Assembly (NCBI GenBank): GCA_051294375.1
Contig: JBJCIZ010000137.1
Coordinates: 1-44,061 of the forward strand
Direction of reading: 5' to 3'
DNA from: Paraspadella gotoi
Lineage: Eukaryota; Animalia; Chaetognatha
Length of the DNA: 44,061 bases
A program made the position numbers and the translations under genes. This document shows positions 35,564 to 44,061 of the stretch, one piece after another (position 1 is the first letter of the stretch; each line of letters begins with the position of its first letter). The notes under the pieces are model-generated. The model searched no databases. It worked only from the letters and a program-made list of their open reading frames with translations, and had not been told where the DNA came from.

Positions 35564-36703
35564 ATGCCTCAGATTTCTCTTAGCGTCACCACTCGATCTC
35601 AGTCGCGACTCGATCGCCCTTCTGAGACGCAATCTCATCGCAGACGGACGCCGCCAGCAACATACGCCGACGAGGAAATCGAAACATCTCCAGCGGCCCG
35701 TCCAGAAGCGCTGCAAGCGCCGAACGTTTTCGTTTTCCCGCCCAGCGATACGGAGGTTTTCGAAGACGCCCATACAACAATGGCTACAGCCCCGCCGTCT
35801 CAAACGGAAGTCGACGCTCTCCGCGCAGCTCTCGACGCCGCCATGGCGGCGACACGGGCAGCACAAGACGCGCTAGCACGCGCGGAAAAGCCAAAGAAAC
35901 CAGACCTTCCAACCTTCGATAAAGACAATATTGAAATCTGGATTCGGCGGGTCGAATCAGCGTATACCCGCGCCAGAGTGGTCGACGCCAAGGACAAGTT
36001 TGCCTTCTTAGAGGCCAAGATTCCTGTCGACACGGACCCCCGCATTAACGAATATCTCTACGGCGAGCCTACCGCCGTCAACTGGACTCTTTTCCTTGAA
36101 TATCTGCGCCGCGCTTATGGCCTCACGCGTCGCCGGCAAGCTGAGCTTCTTATCGACAGAAAGGTCAAGCGCGATGGCATGAAGCCGTCCCAGTACCTCG
36201 CCAGACTCATCGAAAAGTCGACGACCGTTTCCATAGACGACATTCGTAAGGAACTGGTACTCAGCGAGTTACCTCACGACATCAGGGCCAATCTCATCGA
36301 CCGTGCCGAGACTTCAACCGCGGCCGAGTTAGCCGAGGCGGCCGACAAGCATTTCGACGCCACGGGACAGCCTCTTGTCAAACGAGCGCCAACCATCAAC
36401 ATGATCGCCGACGACTCCGTCTCTGACAATTCCAGCGACGATGAGCATGTTCGTCCGATCAACGCCGTCAACAGGCGCCAAGACAATCGCCCAAGGCATC
36501 AACAGAAGCAGGGCTACCCTCGTGACTTTTCAAACGCCCCGTCAAACAGAGCCAACGGCGCTACTGGCCCCAAACTTAAGATGATGTGCCATTTCCACGC
36601 GAAATACGGTGACAAAGCCTATCGTTGTGAAAGAGGCTGCTCTCGGTACGAAGAAAAACGCCCAGAGAGGCCGGGAAACGGCGTGGCGAGTCGGCGCAGG
36701 TGA
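35564..36703 (+). CDS. gag: Gag of CsRN1-clade Ty3/Gypsy retrotransposon
   Basis: N-terminal LPTF...IWIRRVESAY...DKF motif and C-terminal Cx2Hx9Cx3C (CHFHAKYGDKAYRCERGC). True start uncertain (35564 or 35780). Confidence 0.9.
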   Translation: MPQISLSVTTRSQSRLDRPSETQSHRRRTPPATYADEEIETSPAARPEALQAPNVFVFPPSDTEVFEDAHTTMATAPPSQTEVDALRAALDAAMAATRAAQDALARAEKPKKPDLPTFDKDNIEIWIRRVESAYTRARVVDAKDKFAFLEAKIPVDTDPRINEYLYGEPTAVNWTLFLEYLRRAYGLTRRRQAELLIDRKVKRDGMKPSQYLARLIEKSTTVSIDDIRKELVLSELPHDIRANLIDRAETSTAAELAEAADKHFDATGQPLVKRAPTINMIADDSVSDNSSDDEHVRPINAVNRRQDNRPRHQQKQGYPRDFSNAPSNRANGATGPKLKMMCHFHAKYGDKAYRCERGCSRYEEKRPERPGNGVASRRR

Positions 36704-36734
36704 ACGCCGTCAATCGCCAATGCCACCTTTCACC
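36673..36734 (+). promoter_or_regulatory. Programmed -1 ribosomal frameshift signal (G GGA AAC plus hairpin/pseudoknot)
   Basis: The slippery heptamer 36673-36679 is in gag phase and pol is in the -1 frame. Stems 36684-89/36714-19 and 36692-96/36705-09; loop GGTGAA can pair with TTCACC at 36729-34. Confidence 0.8.
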
Positions 36735-39144
36735 AAACGACTCATGTTTGCTCCACGTTTTAGACGCGAGCGACGGAAGGACCTGGCTAATTGATGGAGG
36801 AGCCATGCTCTCATTAATTCCTCCAACTCCCGAACAGCGCGCCGCTGGCCCAAATGGTCCCCAGCTCCAAGCGGCGAATGGCACACCCATTGCATGCTAC
36901 GGAACAGCACATAAACAGATCACCCTGGGTCCAAGGCTTTTCCCATTCGAGGTGCTCATTGCGGACGTCACCCAGAGCATCCTCGGAGCAGATTTTTTGG
37001 CGGAGTTTTTCTTGGCCGCAAACCACCGGGATGGAATCCTTTTGGACTTAAAAGATTTTTCGACAATCACCTGCGCTCGTTCGTTTATCAAGACGGCCAC
37101 TCACGTCAACTTTGTCGAGCAATCCAACAAATACTATCAACTCCTTGACAAATTCCCAACCATCCTCACGCCTACATTCGAAATCCGAGAGCCCAAGCAT
37201 GGCGTCCGCCATTTTATTCCAACACAAGGTCGCCCGTGTCAAGCCCGGGCAAGACGGCTCTCACCAGAGAAACTGGCGGTTGCAAAGGCGGAGCTCGATA
37301 AGATGGTGGAGCTGGGCGTCGCGCAACGGGCAAAAAGCCCATGGTCATCCCCGCTTCATTGCGTACCCAAGGGTGACGGCGGTTGGCGAGTTTGTGGCGA
37401 TTACCGCCGATTGAACGCCCAGACAGTTCCCGACCGTTACCCAGTCAAATTACTCGCCGATTTCAACGCCGAGCTGGCGGGGAAGAAGATCTTTTCAAAG
37501 ATAGATCTTCTAAAAGGCTATCACCAGATCCCGGTGGCGGCTGAAGATGTTCCAAAGACAGCCGTCATCACACCATTCGGCCTATATGTTTTCCTGCGTA
37601 CCCCTTTCGGTTTAAAAAACGCAGGCCAAGATTTCCAAAGGCTAATGGATGAGATCTTGTGCGACCTGCCTCGCGTCTACGTCTATTTGGACGACATCTT
37701 GGTGGCGAGCGAATCGGAGGAACAGCATCTTCAAGATCTGGAAGACGTCTTCCAGGCCCTCAGCGAAAACGGCCTGATCGTCAATCGGAAAAAGTGCGTT
37801 TTGGGAAAGGATTCGCTCGAATTTCTCGGGTATCATGTCGACGCCTCCGGCGTCAAACCTCTTCCAGAGAGAGTCGACGCCCTTCGCCAAACCACGCCCC
37901 CATCGACAGTCAAGGAGTTGCAGCGTTTTTTGGGCATGATAAATTACTACCGGCGGTTCATTCCCCGTGTCGCCCACCACGCTGCACCCTTGTACGACGC
38001 CCTCCAAGGGAAACCTAAGCGCCTGAACTGGACTTCATCGTGTCAAGCAGGTTTCGACGCAGTCAAAGAAGCTCTTGCTAATGCAGTATTGCTACGACAC
38101 CCAATAACCGGCGCCGCCCTTTCACTCACGACCGATGCTTCCGACCACGCCGTCGGCGCCGTGCTGGAGCAACGGGGAAGCCAGGGCTGGGAGCCGCTGG
38201 CTTTCTTTTCAGCCAAACTCAATGATTCCCAGCGCAAATGGCCTCCCTTTGATAGGGAACTCTACGGGGCCTTCCGCGCAGTGCGACATTTCCGACCGTG
38301 GCTAGAGGGCCGCTCTTTCATTTTATACACCGACCACATGAGCCTCATTCACGCTCTCCATAAAAAGAGCGAGCCCCATACAGCCCGCCAAACTTTCCAG
38401 CTATCAGTGATATCAGAATACACCACTGACATCCGCCACGTGGAAGGGAAAGCAAACGTGGTTGCGGATGCTCTCTCTCGTCCTAACCAAACTCCTCCAG
38501 CAGAAATTTCCGCCATTGACAAACCCCTCGACGAGAAAAAAGCGGACCAGCTTTCGATGGTCATAGCCGCCGTCGAGCATCAAGGAATAGATCTGAGAGA
38601 GATGGCCCGACAACAACCACTCGACCGTGATTTTACGCGCCTCTTTCAAGACGCTTCCACAGGCCTCCATTTCCGCAAAGTCCAACTCGGTGACGCAACA
38701 ATCGTCGTCGACATCTCGAATGGACCTGCCCGCCCCTTCGTGCCGGAAGCCTGGCGTCGAAAGGTTTTTGAGACAATACATGGCCTTGGCCATCCTGGAG
38801 TGGCACGAACACGCGAAGCAGTGGCCGAAAAGTTCGTCTGGCCGTCCATGCGCGCTGACGTAACCCGCTGGGCACGCGAATGCGTCCCATGCCAGCGGGC
38901 AAAAGTCACTCGCCACGTTGTTCCAGAAATCGGCGATTTCACGGTCCCTCCAAAGAGATTCCAACACATCCATGTGGACCTGGTAACCATGCCATCCTCA
39001 AACGGTTTCTCGCACCTACTGACAGCCGTAGACCGATTTACAAGATGGCCAATCGCGATCCCAATCAAAGATATCACGGCCGTAACCGTCGCCGACGCCT
39101 TTGCCCAAAACTGGGTAGCCTCATTTGGAATCCCGTCCGAAATT
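36700..39144 (+). CDS. pol: Pol polyprotein (PR-RT-RNase H-integrase N-half), uninterrupted until a break within integrase
   Basis: PR LIDGGA...ILGADFL; RT WRVCGDYRRLN, KIDLLKGYHQI, YLDD; RH TDAS...ELYG...TDH...ADALSR; IN HHCC and HVDLV...FGIPSEI. Confidence 0.97.
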
Positions 39145-39146
39145 AT

Positions 39147-42100
39147 AGAGAGATAATTAAAACGTTTTATCTTTTGAGAGTGAGAGAAAGCTACAATAAA
39201 ATTAAAAGAGAAAAGTAGAGAGAGAAGGAAACCATAAAAATAAAAGCAGAGGAATTTGTTTGATTTTGAATAAAAAATGATATTAATAACTGTCCTCACT
39301 ACCATAATTTTAACAACCTCGAATGATGTTATTTGGCATAGAAGTATTATCGTTTTTATTTATTTTTTCTTTGAAAATAATCGGTTTTCCCGGGGTGTTT
39401 TAGATAATTTTTATCTCTTTTTTACATTGAAAAAGCCGGTTCTTTGTTTTAAGTTGTTATTCTTTGGAAATAATACGTCTTGCCGCTGTATCTAACGTTT
39501 TTATCATTTTTACTTTCAGAAAAGTCGTTTATCAGTCGTTTTTTTTATTTTTTCAGGAAATAAACGTTGCCGTTTTTTTCAAAGTTTATTTCTTTTTACA
39601 TTGCAAAAAATCCATTTTATCGTATTTTTCTACGTTCATATCTTTTTAACCAGAGAAAGTCGTTTCTGGTGTATTTAAACGTTTTATCTATTGAGAGTCG
39701 AGCAGATAATGCTACTATAAAATTAAGAAAAGAAGAGAGAGAAGGAGATCATAAAAATAAAGAGAGGAAATTTGTTTGTTGTTGTAAAAAGATATTTAAT
39801 AACTGTCCTCAACGTGCCCAATTTTAAACAACCTCGATGATGTTATTTTGGCAGAATATTTAACGTTTTTTATTACTTTTTTCCTTTAAAAATAGTCGTT
39901 TTCCCGGGTGTTATTTAGATTAATTTTTTTATCTCTTTTAACATTGAAAAAGCGTTTTTTTTCTTTGTTTTTGTTAAAGTTCTTTTCCCTCTTTTGGAAT
40001 ATCGTCTGCCGGTTGTATTTAACGTTTTTATATTACTTTTTACTTTAGAAAAGTCGTTTATCGGTGTTTTTTATACTCTTTTTAACCATTGGAAAAACGT
40101 TTTGCTCGTTTTTTTTTTAAGTTTTTATTTCTTTTTACATTGGAAAAATCGTTTTCTGTTAATTTTTAAAAGTTTTCAATCTTTTTTAAGAGAAAAAGTC
40201 GTTTTCTGGTGTATTTATGTTTTTACTATTGAGAGTGAAAGAAATGCTAGCATAAAATTAAAGAGAAAAGAGAGAGAGAAGGAGACATAAAATAAAAGAG
40301 AGGAAATTTGTTTGTTTTTGATAAAAGATATTTAATAACTGTCTCAGCCCCAATTTAACAACCATCGATGATGTTATTTGCATGAAGTATTTAACGATTT
40401 ATTTTCTTTTTTTTCTTTAAAAATATCGGTTTTTCCGGTGTTTTAAGAAATTTTTTATCTCTTTTAACATTGGAAAAAGGCGTTTTTCTTGTTTTTAAAG
40501 TAATTATCTCTTTGAAATATCGTCTGCCGTGTATTTAACGTTTTTATTACTTTTTACTTTAGAAAAGTTCGTTTATCGGGTGTTTTTTAACTCTTTTTAC
40601 ATTCCGAAAACGTTGCCGTTTTTTTTTTTTTAAGTTTTTAATTTCTTTTTTACATTGGAAAAAATCGTTTTCTGTTATTTTTTTAAAAGTTTTTCATATC
40701 TTTTACAGAGAAAAAAGTCGTTTTCTGGTGGTATTTAACGTTTTTATTCTTCTATTGAGAGTGAGAGAAAGCTAACATAAAATAAAGAGAAAGAGAGAGA
40801 GAAGGAGACATAAAAATAAAAAGAGAGGAAATTTGTTTTGTTTTTGAATAAAAAGATATTTTAATAACTGTCCTGCACCCAATTTTACAACCTCGATGAT
40901 GTTATTTGCAAGAAAGTATTTAACGATTTATTTGTTTTTCTTTAAAAAATATCGTTTTTCCGGGTGTTTTAGATATTTATTTATCTCTTTTTACCATTGG
41001 AAAAAGCGTTTTTCTTTGTTTTTAAAGTTATTATCTCTTTGGAAATGTATCGTCTGCCGGTGTATTTAAAACGTTTTTATTTACTTTTTTTACTTTAGAA
41101 AAGTCGTTTAATTATTTATCGGTGTTTTTTAAACTCTTTTACATTGGAAAACGTTTTTGCCGTTTTTTTTTTTAAGTTTTATTTCTTTTTAACATTGGAA
41201 AAAATCGTTTTCCCGTTATTTTTAAAGGTTTTGCATATCTTTTACAGAGAAAAAGTCGTTTTCTGGTGTTATTTAACGTTTTTTTTATCTATTGAGAGTG
41301 AGAGAAAGCTACATAAAAATTAAAGAGAAAAGAGAGAGAGGAAGGAGACATAAAAATAAAAGAGAGGAAATTTGTTTGTTTTGATAAAAAGATATTTAAT
41401 AACTGTCCTTACCCCAATTTTAACCAACTCGATGAATGTTTTTGCAAGAAAGTATTTAACGTTTTTATTTTTCCTTTTTTTCCTATGAAAATATCGTTTT
41501 CCGGTGTTTTATAAGAAATTTTTTTATGTTCTTTTTACATTGAAAGAGCGTTTTTCTTTGTTTTAAAAGTTGTTATCTCTTTGGAAATATCGTCCGCCGC
41601 TGTATTTAACGTTTTTTTATCACTTTTTTACTTTAGAAAATAGTCGTTTTATCGGTGTTTTTTTAACGTTTTTTTCCATTGGAAAAATCGTTTGCCGTTT
41701 TTTTTAAAAGTTTTTTATTTCTTTTTACATTGGAAAAAATGTTTTCTGTTATTTTTAAAGTTTCCATATCTTTTTTAGCAGAGAAAAAGTCTGTTTTTTG
41801 GTGTATTTAACGTTTTTATCATTTGAGAGTGAGAGAAAGCTACATCAAAAAATTTAAAGAGAAAAGAGAGAGAGAAGGAGACATAAAAAAATAAAAGAGA
41901 GGAAATTGTTTGTTTTGAAATAAAACGTATTAAAAAAGATATTTAATAACTGTCCGCCTAACCCAATTTTAACAACCTCGATGAATGTTATTTGAGAAAG
42001 TATTTAAACGTTTTTTATTTCTTTTTTCTTTGAAAATATCGAGGTTTCCGGTGTTTTAAGAAATTTTTTTTCTCTTTTTATACATGGGAAAAAAGCGTTT

Positions 42101-42358
42101 TTCTCTGTTTTTAAAGTTGTTATCCGCTCTTTGGAAATATCGTCTGCCGGGTGTTATTTTAACCGTTTAGATCAGCTTTTTACTTTAGAAAAGTCGTTTA
42201 TTCGGTGTTTTTTAACTCTTTTTTACATTGGAAAAGAATGTTTGCCGGTTTTTTTTTAAAAGTTTGTTTATTTTTTTTTACAATGGAAAAAATCGTTTTC
42301 TGTTATTTTAAAGTTTTTCATTTCTTTTTACTGGAGAAAAGTCGTTTTCTGGTGTATT
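39147..42358. repeat. ~530-bp tandem satellite, six units
   Basis: Unit marker gagagtgagagaaagctac at 39176, 39693, 40231, 40757, 41294 and 41825. Internal sub-repeats acattggaaaaa..cgtttt. Confidence 0.95.
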
Positions 42359-42994
42359 TGTGGCGAACAGTCACTTAAGCGAATTGACTCCAAGTTCGTG
42401 TGAGTAATAAAAACGTTCTCCAGAACAAAAGTTTTATTTGTTCAATAGTAAAAACAAGCTTAATAAAATAATCAAAGCATATAGATATTCTGTCTGCTTT
42501 ATTTTGACAAGCAATCAAAATATCTATATCAATACAAAAAATATAAACAGTAACATTCATAAATAAACAATGGAACATTAACCAATGAAGTAATAAACAT
42601 AATTGACATTAAGAAAAATACTTTGTGAAGAGAGAAAGACTTAACCAATGAAAAGTAGTTTAACAATAAGCAACATAATATAACTAGTGATGACACCTGT
42701 TAAACTAGGTGTGTTATAGTGTCTTTTGTTTTAACAATGTGATTGACATATTATAATAGATAAGTTGTAAAAGTGATATCTATATGTTAAGAACGGAGTG
42801 GGCGCTTGCCACTAAGTAAGTGGACATGGATTGAAAATCTCGAGTTCGAAACTCGATGATGAATCTTTTATTATTTTGATTATTAATTATTTAAAGTTTA
42901 TAAAAATATGAAACTTCCACAAACAAATGTCTAATTATAAAATTCGGCTAATCGCCCAAGAGTGGGGAGAAGAACGAGGGTTTCCAATCCTACA
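42359..42994 (-). mobile_element. 3' LTR of the CsRN1-clade element (minus strand)
   Basis: Reverse complement of 30080-30714 with a few indels. Preceded on the minus strand by the PPT. Confidence 0.92.
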
Positions 42995-43001
42995 TCCCCC
43001 C
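42995..43001 (-). promoter_or_regulatory. Polypurine tract
   Basis: The minus strand reads GGGGGGA immediately before the LTR TG. Confidence 0.8.
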
Positions 43002-43442
43002 AGACGAGCTTATGGTTGAAAGCGAGGAATGAGTTTTTGTGTTCACGATTGGGCTCTTGATCACCGTTTTGTCGAGCAGGCGTCGAAGGACGTCGCGTAG
43101 TCCGGGCGAAACGCCGCGTTAGGCGCCGGGGAAAGAGGGACGTGGCGCGACTTTCAGGCGGGGAAAAGAACGATTCGAACTGGATGTCGCGCCTCGGGAT
43201 GGGATCTTGCGACGACTTCGTTCCCTGGTTCCGTCCGTAGTGGGCGTGGCCGAGAATGGGTCTTCGTTGCGCTCGCTGCCGAGTTGGTCATGCTATTTTG
43301 ACGGGTAGCTGCCTGGCGAGCGGGCTTGGGCGCGAGTCACGATTGACGAAGGAGGAAGTCGTTGTCGCATGCTTCGTCTAGGGGGGGCGTCTGCGCCGCT
43401 GCGGCAATTTGGAGCGAGTGTTTTCGGGAGGCGCGTCGTCTG

Positions 43443-44061
43443 CTATGGCGTCGTCCCAGACGTTGGCCGGTTTGATGGAGCAATGGCGATGACTTCTGGC
43501 CTCTTCCGGAATTTCTTACCCGGAAGTTTTAAATTGTCCCTGTCGATTACTCTGTAGGGGCCGTCATAAGGAGCAGTGAGGGTTGGGTTGAAACCGCTCG
43601 GCGTATAAATACGTGAGACGAGGTGGCGAGGCTCACCGAAGGTGCACCCGTGGGATCGGTGGGTGCTGGTTGGGGCTGGCTGGAGCCGCTCGACCTCCAT
43701 GCGGGAGTTCGTCGTGAAGTTGGCGCCGGGCCAGTGCCTCGTCAGCGGTTGATGAAGTTGGGCCTAGTAGGGCGCCGGGGACTGCAAGGGCGTCGCCGTA
43801 CACCAGTTGGGCTGGAGATGCATCGATGTCAGGCTTAATTGTCGTCCTTATCGCGAGGAGTGCCGATGGAAGGCGCCAATACCACTTGTCGGGTTCGTCG
43901 GCGCCAAGAGCAATGAGGGACTCCTTCAGACGCCTATGGAACCTCTCGACCAATCCGTTGAGCTGCGGATGATAAGCGGCTGTCAGGTGCAATTGACAAT
44001 CCCACGTTTTTGCGAGCTGGCGCCAAATGGTGGACGAAAACTGGGAGCCGCGGTCGGTTTG
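43443..44061 (-). CDS. pol: Integrase C-terminal half (second D and E of DDE, GPY/F module), with frameshifts
   Basis: QTDRGSQFSS...YHPQLNGLVERFHRRLK...SPAQLVYG...LTAPYDGPYRVIDR. Confidence 0.9.

Noticed and set aside
35519-39305. Numerous antisense and alternate-frame ORFs over gag-pol
   Set aside because: These are expected shadow ORFs of GC-rich coding sequence and show no recognisable motifs.
39277-40290. Phe-rich hydrophobic ORFs
   Set aside because: They are translations of the T-rich satellite and are not conserved between units.
30076-42358. TSD linking the two LTRs as one insertion
   Set aside because: The flanks (ttac versus aata on the element strand) do not match.

Overview
AT-rich, repeat-dense eukaryotic DNA, probably from an invertebrate animal. 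It is a draft assembly: there is a 25-N gap at 30780-30804 and some stretches are indel-rich like unpolished long reads. Main contents: (1) a fragmented, rearranged Maverick/Polinton (virus-like DNA transposon) relic at ~18.4-26.4 kb on the minus strand, with packaging ATPase, small GG-motif protein, retroviral-like integrase and major capsid fragments, plus an ETS/CRE-rich control region and unassigned plus-strand coding-like DNA; (2) a young CsRN1-clade Ty3/Gypsy retrotransposon with tRNA-Trp PBS, CHCC Gag, a -1 frameshift signal and an uninterrupted pol up to mid-integrase, whose 3' part (integrase C-half, PPT, 3' LTR, adjacent ~530-bp satellite) is flipped at the window end; (3) four short Penelope-like insertions carrying minimal hammerhead ribozymes (two with an intact core), candidate TSDs and fold-back ends; (4) a probable solo LTR followed by a 40-nt copy of tRNA-Leu including CCA; (5) hAT, LINE, SINE and possible MULE fragments, many microsatellites, and pieces of spliced host genes, including a membrane-protein gene near a possible permuted papain-fold domain. 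All protein assignments come from manual translation and motif recognition; no database search was run.
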